This document shows positions 50,427 through 60,287 of a stretch of DNA of 64,000 bases, in pieces; the first letter of the stretch is position 1; each line of letters opens with the position of its first letter. The position numbers were made by a program, and so were the translations under genes. Under the pieces are notes generated by a model that saw only the letters and a list, made by a program, of their open reading frames with translations, was not told the origin of the DNA and searched no databases. The DNA is taken from positions 1-64,000 of the IMG/VR virus record IMGVR_UViG_3300037067_007020; one strand, given 5' to 3'. The stretch comes from a virus (taxonomy: Duplodnaviria; Caudoviricetes).

Positions 50427-53400
50427 TTATTGAAAAATAAAGCTTTGCCCACGTAAACTTTCGCTCAAAGAAATTTTTCTTGTAACGTCACGTACCAATC
50501 TATCTAAGTCTGCATCTGATCGAACAGTAGCTGTTATTTGGACATCTTGTTGTAATTTAAACACAGTTTCATCTAACCATCTTCGTGTTTGCATTGTAAG
50601 TTGATTAGAATATCTTTTTTGTAAGTCGATCAATCCTTGTAAATATTTTTTATTTCCAACATTTTCGTCTCTGGTCATTGCTACATTATGCTGAAGTGTT
50701 TCTAGTCTGTCTTTAAACGATTGTTCAGGAGAAGAGAGTCTTGCAAGTTCTTGACTGTATTGTGAAGTATCTCCACCAGCTTTGCCTACTTTTTTTATTA
50801 TTTTAGTCAGAGCGTCCATCTTTTCTCTTGTTTCGTCCATTGAAGGCGACATTCTGTTAAGAGCATCATTATAATCATTTACGGCTTTCTTGGCTTCTTT
50901 TTGTCTTTGTTTTTGTTTTCTGTCTTCTTCTCCGCCAAACAAGCCACCTGCAAGAGAACCTAATATAGAACCAACTATGGTTCCTGTTGGTCCAAATATA
51001 CTTCCTATGGCTCCACCAATCCCACCACCACTAGTTGCTCCTTTGGTTCCTTCTTTTCCTGCTCCCAACAATTGTGCGCCAATAGAACCAGTTATTCCGC
51101 CTTGACCAAATCCAGCACCCATGGTACTGAACATGCTTTGCATTTCAGTAGGAAGTGCAATTGATGGCATTTGAATCCCTAATTCTTTGAGATTCATTGC
51201 TCCTGAAAAATTACTACTAATGTTTGATGGAAGTGCAGAACCTGATACTGATGTTTTTGTTCCTGCTGTACTTGGTTTTGTTCCTGATTTACCTAATATT
51301 GCTGTAGTTAAACTTTCTGTCGCATTTATAAGCTTCAATTGTGTTTCAATTTCTGCCGAAGTAGCTTCTATCAGAGCAGCTTGTTCAGGATTTTTAATAA
51401 TGGCGGCAATTTGATTTTCTCCAAAAAGTCCATTAAGTGCCTGTGTAGCATTTTTAAATTCTTCAAGTCGCTTGTCTTTTTCGCTAGGACCTGTAAATGC
51501 TTTTGTTATCGAGTTTGCAAGTCTGTCTAATTCTGCTTCGGTTTCTGTTGTATATATTCCTCCAATAATACCTTCTGATATGTTTGTTGCAAATTTTTCT
51601 TTGATATCTTCAGTTACTTTAGTAAAAGAGTCTGATATTTTGGTAACATCAAATCCTTTTTGTAAATTAAATGAAAGAAATGTTTCTTTTAATGCAGTTT
51701 TCAATGAACCTGAAATCACTTTTCCGGTTCCATCAGCAATATCAGCCAAGTTTGCATAAGATGCTGCAAGACTAGATATTTCTTCAATTGTCGATTTTAC
51801 TGCCGTTTTCTGATCTTTTATTTGTCGTTCAAATTCTTCGTTTCTTTGTAAAATATTATCCAGAGCAATAATTTGTTCTCGATTTGCTATCTTACTTGCA
51901 TCATCTATGCTAAGTTTTTCTATTCTAGCTTCTATGAGATTTTTTTCTTTTTCGTTGAGAGTTGTTATGCCATTAGCATAAGAAATCATGTTTTTTGTAC
52001 TTATATTATAAGAATCTGCTACTTTTTTACTTACATTAAGAAAATTCAAATAAGATTCGTTTGATTTGTCTAAATCGTTTTTGAGTTTAACATATTTTTC
52101 TGATAACAACGTTGATCTTGTTATAAGAATTTGTTTTTTTACAGCCGATTCATCATATACTCTTCCTTCTTTAGCAAGAGCTATTGTCACAATGTTTTCT
52201 AGTGATGCCAATTTTTCTAACTTTTCGTTATACAGTTCAGTATCATTTATAGCCGCTTTTTGAGTTTCTAACAAATATTTTAGAGCTTTTCCTCTTTGTT
52301 CTAACAAAGATTCCATATCTATGCCCGGTTTAATAACTTCTGGAACTAACGGAGTTTTTACAAGTTCTTGTTCAAGTTTTTTGTTTTCTAAAATCTTTTT
52401 CGCTCGTTCTGCTCGAATATTGTTATATTCTGTGTCCAAGGAAGAGGTATCAACTTTTCCGCCCAATCGTTGTTGTCTAGTTTGTCTATTTTTGCGTTTG
52501 TCAAATAATTCTTGTTCTTTTTTAGCAAGAGCATCTATTTCTATCTGTTGCTCTTTTAATTTGTTAATAATTACGTCATTTTTAACCTGATTTAATACTT
52601 CATAAAATGTTTTTGTTGCTGTAGTTAAGTCTTTCATAGATAACGCTTGTTTAACAAGGTCTTTTTGTGTCTGTGTTAACGATATTCCTTCTTTATCAAG
52701 AGCCTTGTTTAGTTGGTCTAAAACATTTTTTCCGTCTTTACCGCTTTTTATTTGACCTTGGTATGTTGCCTGAAAAACAGCAAAACTTTTTCCAAGATCA
52801 GAATAATTTTTATACAGATTTCTTGCTTCTTCTGATTGTCTTTGAAAAGAAGCGTTTAGGTTTTCCATTTCGTTTTTACTTTTCCCTGCTTTTTCTGCCA
52901 TATAAACAAGACCTAATCCTATGGCAGTAAGCCCTAAAGTAATTGCGTTTGATTTTGTAAATAACGTTCCTGCAATTCGTGCCTGATTAAAAGCAAATGC
53001 AACTTTAGTTGCTGCAAGTGCTATAGCTAATAATGCAGCATTTGTAGCTACTCCTGATTCTGTTAACGTAGATAATCCATATATCATTGATGTTGTATAT
53101 TTTGTCATATCAATAAGAGCAGGAATCATTGCTTTTCTGCTAGTATCTGCTAATTCTTGTATAGATGCTCCTGCTAATTCTAATTGTTTTTGCCAAGAAC
53201 GCATAAATCTATCGTTTTCTGTCATAGATGAACCAGCAGAATCTAAACTCAGTGTAAGATTTTTTATTACTTGGTCCCAACTATTCATTATTGCAGCAGC
53301 TTGTGAAAAATGTCTAGCTCCTGCCATAGATTTTAATATAGTAGCCTTTTGAATATCGTCTAGTTTTCCCCAAACACCAGACAATTCTGCCAATGTTTCT

Positions 53401-54695
53401 GTAAAAGATTTATATGACTTATCTGCGTTTATGATTGTAATTCCTGCTGTTTTCCACAAAACATTTCCAGCAGATTGTCTCATATTAACATCAGCATATC
53501 TAGATGCCATCATTTTTAATGTTGTACCAACAGTGTCACCAGATTCTCCTGTAACTTTAATCATAGCAGAAGATATTGCATTTAATTCGTGCATACTTGC
53601 ACCTACAAGTTTAAATGCAGAACCTGTTTTTTCTGTTGCTGCTGCTAAATCTTGTGCCGTAGCACCTGATTTATTTTCTAATGAGTTCCATGCGTCTAAT
53701 ATTCTCATCGAATCTGATGCAGACATATTAAACTGATGTATTGTAGATGTTAAAGACTTAATTGCATCGTCTTGACTGAAAGCAGCAATATTTACTGCTG
53801 CCATTGCTGTTCTTGTTAGCAATTGTGCTTCTTCTACGGTTCTTCCCATACGAACAAAATCTCTCATGGCTTTTAATCCGATAGTAAAAGAAACACCAAA
53901 CTCTCTTCCATATACCTTTGCTATAGATATAGAAGATTCCATGTACTTATTTAATTGTTCATCAGAATCTGCAAAATCTGCTACAACCTTTTCAAGTTCG
54001 ATTAGTGTATAGTCAATGTCTTTAAGAGCAGTAAATAGTCCTTTTATAGCTCCTATGGTTCCAAACACTGCTCCTGTCATTAATGTCCAAAAAAGAACCT
54101 TTGCTCCAATAATTCCCATTGTTACAGCCATGCCTTGCATTTCGCCATTTACTGTAAACAAGGCTCTTTTCATTTTCATTCCAAAACCTTCTGCCAATCT
54201 TGCTGCTTCTATTTGTTTAGTATTGAAGGCAGACAAAGCTTTTTCTTGTGCTTTCATGTCTCCTACAATAGATTGTACGGGACTTTTAGCTGACTTTAGT
54301 GCTTTCGATTCTGCTTTGTCTTGTGCAATTACTTGTTGAGCATATGTCTTTTCCATAGTTCTTGCTGATTTTGCTGCTTCTTTTTGCTTCAGTTCATATG
54401 CTTTTGTATTGTCTCGCAATTCTTTATCTAATGCTTTTGCGTTTTCTTTGGCAATTTTTTCTGAATATTTTAAATTGTCCTTATATGCTTTTTCTTGTAA
54501 TTTGTCATAATCTTTTTGTGCTTTTTCTTGTATCTTTACCTTGTCTGAAATTGATTTTGCTGCTTCTTTTTCACTACCAGAAGATTTGTTTGTAGTTGAT
54601 TTGGACTGAAGCGAAGTCATGTAAGACTCAAATTTCTTTGCGTCTGCCATTGCTTTTGAAATATCTAACGAAAGGGTTGCTTGAAAATCGGTCAT
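50427..54695 (-). CDS. Tail tape measure protein (TP901-type core)
   Basis: 1422-aa helical protein; ESGD.VGT.LK.M..R core; Gly-rich GGAIGSIFG segment. Confidence 0.92.
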   Translation of the reverse strand: MTDFQATLSLDISKAMADAKKFESYMTSLQSKSTTNKSSGSEKEAAKSISDKVKIQEKAQKDYDKLQEKAYKDNLKYSEKIAKENAKALDKELRDNTKAYELKQKEAAKSARTMEKTYAQQVIAQDKAESKALKSAKSPVQSIVGDMKAQEKALSAFNTKQIEAARLAEGFGMKMKRALFTVNGEMQGMAVTMGIIGAKVLFWTLMTGAVFGTIGAIKGLFTALKDIDYTLIELEKVVADFADSDEQLNKYMESSISIAKVYGREFGVSFTIGLKAMRDFVRMGRTVEEAQLLTRTAMAAVNIAAFSQDDAIKSLTSTIHQFNMSASDSMRILDAWNSLENKSGATAQDLAAATEKTGSAFKLVGASMHELNAISSAMIKVTGESGDTVGTTLKMMASRYADVNMRQSAGNVLWKTAGITIINADKSYKSFTETLAELSGVWGKLDDIQKATILKSMAGARHFSQAAAIMNSWDQVIKNLTLSLDSAGSSMTENDRFMRSWQKQLELAGASIQELADTSRKAMIPALIDMTKYTTSMIYGLSTLTESGVATNAALLAIALAATKVAFAFNQARIAGTLFTKSNAITLGLTAIGLGLVYMAEKAGKSKNEMENLNASFQRQSEEARNLYKNYSDLGKSFAVFQATYQGQIKSGKDGKNVLDQLNKALDKEGISLTQTQKDLVKQALSMKDLTTATKTFYEVLNQVKNDVIINKLKEQQIEIDALAKKEQELFDKRKNRQTRQQRLGGKVDTSSLDTEYNNIRAERAKKILENKKLEQELVKTPLVPEVIKPGIDMESLLEQRGKALKYLLETQKAAINDTELYNEKLEKLASLENIVTIALAKEGRVYDESAVKKQILITRSTLLSEKYVKLKNDLDKSNESYLNFLNVSKKVADSYNISTKNMISYANGITTLNEKEKNLIEARIEKLSIDDASKIANREQIIALDNILQRNEEFERQIKDQKTAVKSTIEEISSLAASYANLADIADGTGKVISGSLKTALKETFLSFNLQKGFDVTKISDSFTKVTEDIKEKFATNISEGIIGGIYTTETEAELDRLANSITKAFTGPSEKDKRLEEFKNATQALNGLFGENQIAAIIKNPEQAALIEATSAEIETQLKLINATESLTTAILGKSGTKPSTAGTKTSVSGSALPSNISSNFSGAMNLKELGIQMPSIALPTEMQSMFSTMGAGFGQGGITGSIGAQLLGAGKEGTKGATSGGGIGGAIGSIFGPTGTIVGSILGSLAGGLFGGEEDRKQKQRQKEAKKAVNDYNDALNRMSPSMDETREKMDALTKIIKKVGKAGGDTSQYSQELARLSSPEQSFKDRLETLQHNVAMTRDENVGNKKYLQGLIDLQKRYSNQLTMQTRRWLDETVFKLQQDVQITATVRSDADLDRLVRDVTRKISLSESLRGQSFIFQ

Positions 54696-54714
54696 GTATA
54701 TTTATCCTCTTTAG

Positions 54715-55014
54715 TTACTTTTTATTTCCATGTTCCGCTTCGTTTCTCTTCACTTCTACCATTTTATCAAACCAATCGTGAAATTTATTGGGGTCGTCTA
54801 ATATTATGTCTGATGGTATTTCTAAACCCCAAGAACCAATTTTTTCGTATGCTTTTTCGTAATACCTTAACCAATATGCTATGTAAACAAAAAAACTATC
54901 GACCTCTCCATACATCCAATCTGGACCACAAAAAAAACTCTGTAAATCCATGTTATATCTCTTACAATACATATCTGCCGACTGTACTGTATGAGAGGTC
55001 TTTGCTAGTTTTTT
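54715..55014 (-). CDS. Tail assembly chaperone frameshift extension (gpT-like)
   Basis: The -1 frame from slippery A AAA AAC reads KLAKTSHTVQSAD-MYCKRY... to the stop at 54715. Confidence 0.75.
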   Translation of the reverse strand, partial: KKLAKTSHTVQSADMYCKRYNMDLQSFFCGPDWMYGEVDSFFVYIAYWLRYYEKAYEKIGSWGLEIPSDIILDDPNKFHDWFDKMVEVKRNEAEHGNKK

Positions 55015-55622
55015 CCTTCTGTTTCCGTTCTCTTTGCATTAACTCTTATATGTTCTTTTACTAAAAGTTCTTTTGTCTTTTGATCTAAGCTTTCTGAAAC
55101 ATCGTTTTCTGAATTAAATATTTGTTTTCTTCTATCGTCTGCATTTCTTACACAATAAAATAATACGGTATTCCATACTTTATTCATTGTTTCAATATTT
55201 TCGTTTGCATTTAACCTAAGAGACGCTACTTCTTTACACAAGTCATCGATGTTTTTTTCGTTGAGTTTTTTTGTTTCGGAATTTTTTATTTTTTGTACTT
55301 TATCTTCGACAAGTTGTTTTCTATTTTCTCTGTCCTTGTCTATTAACATTTCTGCTTCTGAAACAATATCACTGTCTCGGAACAATAATATTTCTTCTAT
55401 CAATTTTTCTTTGGGTTGTGCCATGCTTTTTAGAATAGACAATAAAGATTCGTCCATTTTTTCTGTAATTCTTTTGGCCTTTATTTCAGTAGAAACCGAA
55501 ATAAACTGATTTCTAACAGCTTCTTCTGCTCTAATAGAATTTGGTATTACAACCACTTTTAGTGTTTCTCCATATACATTTGTTATATCGATTTCTTTTA
55601 TTTCTGGCTTGTATATATCCAT
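55005..55622 (-). CDS. Tail assembly chaperone (gpG-like)
   Basis: Lies between major tail and tape measure genes; ends GGA AAA AAC TAG. Confidence 0.75.
   Translation of the reverse strand: MDIYKPEIKEIDITNVYGETLKVVVIPNSIRAEEAVRNQFISVSTEIKAKRITEKMDESLLSILKSMAQPKEKLIEEILLFRDSDIVSEAEMLIDKDRENRKQLVEDKVQKIKNSETKKLNEKNIDDLCKEVASLRLNANENIETMNKVWNTVLFYCVRNADDRRKQIFNSENDVSESLDQKTKELLVKEHIRVNAKRTETEGKN
55008..55014 (-). promoter_or_regulatory. Programmed -1 ribosomal frameshift site A AAA AAC
   Basis: X XXY YYZ heptamer in frame immediately before TAG. Confidence 0.8.
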
Positions 55623-55623
55623 G

Positions 55624-56082
55624 TTATTTATTCTCCTTGTTCTTTTCTATTCTGTTTAGTGTATCTTGATAATCTTTATAATATTCTGCAATCAGTCCTA
55701 TTTCCCATTTAGTACAACCTTCAAGATAATTTTTTATTTCTTCTACGTCCCTGATAATCTGAACATCTGCTTTAGTATTTTTCTGTATATTCTGCATTTC
55801 TATTTGTATTCTTAAACAGAGTTGTCTTATGTTTTCTAAATGAACTCCGCCGAAAAACTTGACAAAATCATCATATTTATTTTCTTCTACTTCTGCATGT
55901 GATCTCTTTTTTTGTTTGTGAGTAACTTTTTTAAGTTGGTCTATAAATATAATTCTTTCGTTTAAATTTTCTACTGTAAATAACTCTGGAATATAATGTC
56001 TGAGAGATTCTAATAACAGTTCTGTGATATTAAAAAGGCTGTTGTAAAGAGTTTCTTTGAACTCTTCTTTGGTCATCTTCAT
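55624..56082 (-). CDS. Hypothetical helical protein in tail module
   Basis: 152-aa ORF with AGGAGAG RBS. Confidence 0.6.
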   Translation of the reverse strand: MKMTKEEFKETLYNSLFNITELLLESLRHYIPELFTVENLNERIIFIDQLKKVTHKQKKRSHAEVEENKYDDFVKFFGGVHLENIRQLCLRIQIEMQNIQKNTKADVQIIRDVEEIKNYLEGCTKWEIGLIAEYYKDYQDTLNRIEKNKENK

Positions 56083-56116
56083 ATTTCTCTCCTGTTCTTT
56101 TCTTTGTGTCTTTTCT

Positions 56117-56152
56117 TAAACACCCCCTCCTTCAACTAAGAAGGAGAGGATG
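56117..56152 (-). terminator. Terminator-like hairpin after major tail gene
   Basis: CTCCTTC/GAAGGAG stem with extensions and a short T tract on the minus strand. Confidence 0.55.
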
Positions 56153-56168
56153 TTGTGAATACATAGTT

Positions 56169-57731
56169 CTAGTCTCTGTGTATGGTCACTGAACCATTTT
56201 TTGCAGTCCATGAAAAACTACGTGCTGTGTCAGAACCTACTGCTATTGGGATACTAGAATTTGAAATCTGTATCTTTGATACGGTAAATCTAACTATTTC
56301 AGAAGTGTTGTCTGCCGGATTTATAATTTTGATCTGCAATGCAATGTCATTAGTATTTGTGTATGTACCATGTTCATTATAATCAAACTGTAAATCTGTG
56401 GTGGCAGTACTTCCTTTGGTTAATAGTTTTACAAGACTTAAATCTCCGTCCATAGAAGCTACGTCGCCTGTCACAACCGGAACTTTAGCAGGGGTAAAAT
56501 AATCATTTACAAAACCTTGTCTCTGTTTTCTTTCACGATTAAGAGACGTTTTAATACTGGCAGAAGAAACTGTTTGTAGTTTACTATCTCCATAATAAAC
56601 TGGTACATATCTTCCGTCAACATTATCTGGAGTTCCTGTATGTGTAAAATCAACTGAGTAATCGGTTGGTTTTGCAACAGAAGACCAGAATGTAAATTCG
56701 TATCTATCTCCTAAAGCCATAGACGTTGCAAATGGCATAAATGTATGAGAAGCGTCAGTATAAACAAAATCTAAATCTACTGCGCTAGTTGCTTTTTCTG
56801 CCATTTCTCCTTGCGTACCATCTACTTTGGTTCTTGTCACTTTGAAGAAAAATTTACCAGATAACCCGGTAGAATTTCCGTTCATATGAGGTACTTCAGA
56901 ACCTACTAAAACTCTAGAATCTAATACAATGTTTCCTGCTGCAACATCGGCAGCATTGGCATATGTTGCATTTCTATACACATAACCTTCTTGTGAATAG
57001 TACGAATTTCCTTCTGTATCAAAGGATTCTTGTGCATTTCCATTTGCATTGGTATCAATATTGAAAGAATTAGCTATCATTCCTTCTGCATAATCAGTTT
57101 TGAAAACCGTGTCGCTAGAAGAATTGTCTCTTCCAACAACCAAGAAATCAAGTTTTGCTGATTTGAAATCTGCTGATTCCCAATCTTGTTCTTTTGTTAT
57201 GTCAAAGGTAGCTTTATCTCCTGTAACTAATAAACCAGAATGTAAAGCAACAACTTCAACACCCGGAATGTCTTTGATAATCGTATTTGCGTCATATGAT
57301 ATATTGTAATGACCAGAAATACAAATCTTGTCTTCAGCCTTTGCTTCAATGGTATAAGTAATCTTGGAAGTTCCTGAAGGAAAATTAACTGGAGAAACAA
57401 TCTTAACTATTGTATTTGTTCCGCCAGAAATTGTCGTTCCAACAGAATCTGCTGGATTAGTCTTGTCTCCCATTTTCGAAGTGTATAGCTGAATCAGATC
57501 AGTATCTACTAACAAAGAAGCTAGTGTGCCTTTAAATTGAGTTGCACGAATACTTACTCCTCTTTGTTCTTCGTTACCTATTTCATATACTGCTTCATTC
57601 GGAATATCAAAAGAAAATTCCTGACTCTGTAACCCTTTACCTAACACAAAAGGACCATATGGACTTGCAACATGAATCTGATACCTATCAGCGTTCAATG
57701 CAAACATATCTCCAACTGGGGTAATTGTCAT
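56169..57731 (-). CDS. Major tail (tube) protein
   Basis: 520 aa, between tail terminator and chaperone; LQS..FS.....VYEIG tube-like start; AGGAGG RBS; downstream hairpin. Confidence 0.75.
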   Translation of the reverse strand: MTITPVGDMFALNADRYQIHVASPYGPFVLGKGLQSQEFSFDIPNEAVYEIGNEEQRGVSIRATQFKGTLASLLVDTDLIQLYTSKMGDKTNPADSVGTTISGGTNTIVKIVSPVNFPSGTSKITYTIEAKAEDKICISGHYNISYDANTIIKDIPGVEVVALHSGLLVTGDKATFDITKEQDWESADFKSAKLDFLVVGRDNSSSDTVFKTDYAEGMIANSFNIDTNANGNAQESFDTEGNSYYSQEGYVYRNATYANAADVAAGNIVLDSRVLVGSEVPHMNGNSTGLSGKFFFKVTRTKVDGTQGEMAEKATSAVDLDFVYTDASHTFMPFATSMALGDRYEFTFWSSVAKPTDYSVDFTHTGTPDNVDGRYVPVYYGDSKLQTVSSASIKTSLNRERKQRQGFVNDYFTPAKVPVVTGDVASMDGDLSLVKLLTKGSTATTDLQFDYNEHGTYTNTNDIALQIKIINPADNTSEIVRFTVSKIQISNSSIPIAVGSDTARSFSWTAKNGSVTIHRD

Positions 57732-57763
57732 TAGTATTCCTCCTTTCTTTTAAATTTTTGTTT

Positions 57764-58237
57764 CTAATAAATCAAACTAACTTTCAGTTCTCCGATACAT
57801 TTATGTGCATCTAATTCAGAATAAATTGATGGTGTACTTGACCTTATCGAGATATCGGTGCTGAAATAATAATCAGATTGTATTCCACCTTGGTCAAATA
57901 ATAAAAATGGAATACTATATTTTCTCGAAAAAGCGGTGTACATCAAACCTTTGAGAGTTTCTTTCATTCTTTCATTTACTAGTTCATTATCACATCCTCC
58001 TGCATATATCCAAACATTATAATAAACTGTAAGTCTATGTCTTCCTCCTATTTCTATTGTTTCCTTTCCATTGTCTATTACGTCTTCTAGTGCTATAATA
58101 GGTGGTTTTGTATTGCTTGTTGTTGGCATATTGTAAATATATGCGATTGTTTTGTTTAGTATAGTTGTACCTACAACAGATTTCATCTGTGTTATGACAT
58201 TTTCTTTTAAATTAGCAAATACATATGTATCTTCCAT
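57764..58237 (-). CDS. Putative tail terminator
   Basis: Position and size; PII.L......EIGG...Y.VWIYA. Confidence 0.6.
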   Translation of the reverse strand: MEDTYVFANLKENVITQMKSVVGTTILNKTIAYIYNMPTTSNTKPPIIALEDVIDNGKETIEIGGRHRLTVYYNVWIYAGGCDNELVNERMKETLKGLMYTAFSRKYSIPFLLFDQGGIQSDYYFSTDISIRSSTPSIYSELDAHKCIGELKVSLIY

Positions 58238-58248
58238 GGTATTTTTCT

Positions 58249-58803
58249 TTATAAATCAAAAAAGGTTGTTGTTAGTGCAACATTAATTATTTTTCGTATT
58301 GTAAGATTAAAATTCTTTTCTAAATGTATGTTTCCTAATCCTATATAATTTCTTCCTATGATTCTTACATCACCCCAATCAAATCCATCGTTATAAACTT
58401 TCCAAAATCCTGATTCGGGATAAGGATTTGTTCTCCACTTGTTAGGGGTTTGTATTGGTCTTTTTCCTCCAACTCCTCCCCAAAGAGTTAGTGTATTAAG
58501 TTTTGCTATGTTTATTGTATCTTGTTTAAAAATATTGCTATTTTGATTTCTTAAAACAGTTCCTTTGTCCATTGATTCTTCTAACGCTCTTCTTAGTTGT
58601 CCTTTTTCTGGTTCTATACCATATGACATTAGTGTTTGTTGTAAAATATCTCCTGTTTTAGCCGGATAATCTTCTATTCTACTGTTCATTGCTAATCTTG
58701 TGTTTTTTATTAGTTCAAAAAATTCTAATTCTGTTCTTTCTGAAACAGTCTTCTGAAATTCTATTAGTTTATTTTTCCAACCCACAGATATTATTTTTAA
58801 CAT
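58249..58803 (-). CDS. Putative neck/tail-completion protein
   Basis: Position; G.LRR..., W..YN.G...GRNYI resembles HK97 gp10-like proteins. Confidence 0.5.
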   Translation of the reverse strand: MLKIISVGWKNKLIEFQKTVSERTELEFFELIKNTRLAMNSRIEDYPAKTGDILQQTLMSYGIEPEKGQLRRALEESMDKGTVLRNQNSNIFKQDTINIAKLNTLTLWGGVGGKRPIQTPNKWRTNPYPESGFWKVYNDGFDWGDVRIIGRNYIGLGNIHLEKNFNLTIRKIINVALTTTFFDL

Positions 58804-58811
58804 ACATGTTA

Positions 58812-59294
58812 TTAGTTAGATTCCTTAGAAGTATTGAACCAAAAAATTCTTTCTAATCCTAACAGATCGTCATTGAACGAAACAAGTTCGCATTTGTTAG
58901 CTCCTGAAGGAAAATTTTGTGTAGTGTTCTTAATTTCTCCTCCAGAAATCGTTACGTCGAGCCATATTTCGTTGTTGTTTTCGATTGCCGCTTGAATAAG
59001 TGTTCCGCTATATAAATCAGTACTAAATTTTATATCAATGTCAGGAGAAACAACAAGTCCGTTGTATCTTTTCTCGATGCCTTTAGGAACGTATTCTTTA
59101 ATTCCGTAAACAATGTTGTCAGAATAGCTTCCACTAATATATCCCCAATCAAATACTCCTTTATTAATCCCTGAGGTATAATTGTTTGATACGGAACGAA
59201 TTAACAAAGGATTATGACCATAAATACTGTCATTCCTTAAAAAATCTTTTCTTTCTTTTGTAATTCCTTTAATATATTCAAAATCAATAAACAT
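58812..59294 (-). CDS. Putative head-closure protein
   Basis: Position in neck module; beta-rich 160 aa. Confidence 0.5.
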   Translation of the reverse strand: MFIDFEYIKGITKERKDFLRNDSIYGHNPLLIRSVSNNYTSGINKGVFDWGYISGSYSDNIVYGIKEYVPKGIEKRYNGLVVSPDIDIKFSTDLYSGTLIQAAIENNNEIWLDVTISGGEIKNTTQNFPSGANKCELVSFNDDLLGLERIFWFNTSKESN

Positions 59295-59309
59295 ATCAAA
59301 CCTTTTTTG

Positions 59310-59810
59310 TTATTGATTAAATTTTGTTTTAAATGTTACATCATTTATCGTATCGCTAGGGGTATACTCTTGAAAAACCATTGTCTGAGGACCAAAACCT
59401 CCTCTAGATTTATTTTTATTGTGATTTCTTATGGATATACTAAGAATATTTTCTAGTCTTAAAATAGCATCCGCTAACTGTTGTGTCATTGCTGTAACAT
59501 CAATTGTTCCTCTGATGTCTTTAACAACAATACTTTCTCTCGAAGATTTATTTACTTCCGAATATTTTAACATTATTTCTGCTTGAGTAAGAATTACATC
59601 ATCTTCGTCCAATGTAGGAGAAATTGTATTGTCACTATTTCTTACTATTTCAGTTCCGACAACAGTAAATTTTCGATACCATGCAGTATTTTGAAGAGCA
59701 TAAACAGATTGTTCTATTATTGATGTTAGTGTAGCATCAGAATAGAGTGTTGAAGAAATATCGTTTATTCTGACTCTTAGTCTATTTACATATGAACTAA
59801 TTGCTGTCAT
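59310..59810 (-). CDS. Putative head-tail adaptor
   Basis: LRVRI.D.....YSD..L...I N-terminus typical of adaptors. Confidence 0.6.
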   Translation of the reverse strand: MTAISSYVNRLRVRINDISSTLYSDATLTSIIEQSVYALQNTAWYRKFTVVGTEIVRNSDNTISPTLDEDDVILTQAEIMLKYSEVNKSSRESIVVKDIRGTIDVTAMTQQLADAILRLENILSISIRNHNKNKSRGGFGPQTMVFQEYTPSDTINDVTFKTKFNQ

Positions 59811-60207
59811 TTTTAAGGTGTCCTTTGATTAATTCAACTTCCTCTACGGTAAGCCATGAACAAGGTCTAATTCTTCTTTCTAACAATCCTTCTGCAACAT
59901 TCATTACTTCTTTGTTTTCTTTCTTTAATTCCTTGGCTAAAGCTATAATTTTAATCTTGGAACTGTTGATTTTTGTTTTATTAGCAATTTTTTCTTTGTT
60001 TTCAGTTGTTGCTTCTTCTATTAATTCGTATTTCAAAAGTTTTTTAATTGTTTCTGTATCATAACCTTCTGGTACTTTTTCTCCTTCTTTAATAAAAACT
60101 TTCATTGTACCATCGGTGTATTTCTTGCCTGCATAATTCGCTAACCATTTTCCTTGTTTTACTATATATTCTTTGTCTCTTGTTTTTGTTTCTTGTTCCT
60201 TTTTCAT
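59797..60207 (-). CDS. Post-capsid protein with IF2 N-terminal-like domain
   Basis: KIKIIALAKELKKENKEVM.....L......S.LTVEEVELIK. Confidence 0.55.
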   Translation of the reverse strand: MKKEQETKTRDKEYIVKQGKWLANYAGKKYTDGTMKVFIKEGEKVPEGYDTETIKKLLKYELIEEATTENKEKIANKTKINSSKIKIIALAKELKKENKEVMNVAEGLLERRIRPCSWLTVEEVELIKGHLKNDSN

Positions 60208-60241
60208 GGTCCATTCTCTCCTGTTCTTTTCTTTGTGATTT

Positions 60242-60273
60242 AAAAAGGAAAGGGGCGACGTTTATTTCGCCCC
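60242..60273 (-). terminator. Intrinsic terminator after major capsid gene
   Basis: GGGCGA/TCGCCC stem followed by CTTTCCTTTTT on the minus strand. Confidence 0.75.
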
Positions 60274-60287
60274 ATATCCTTACAATC

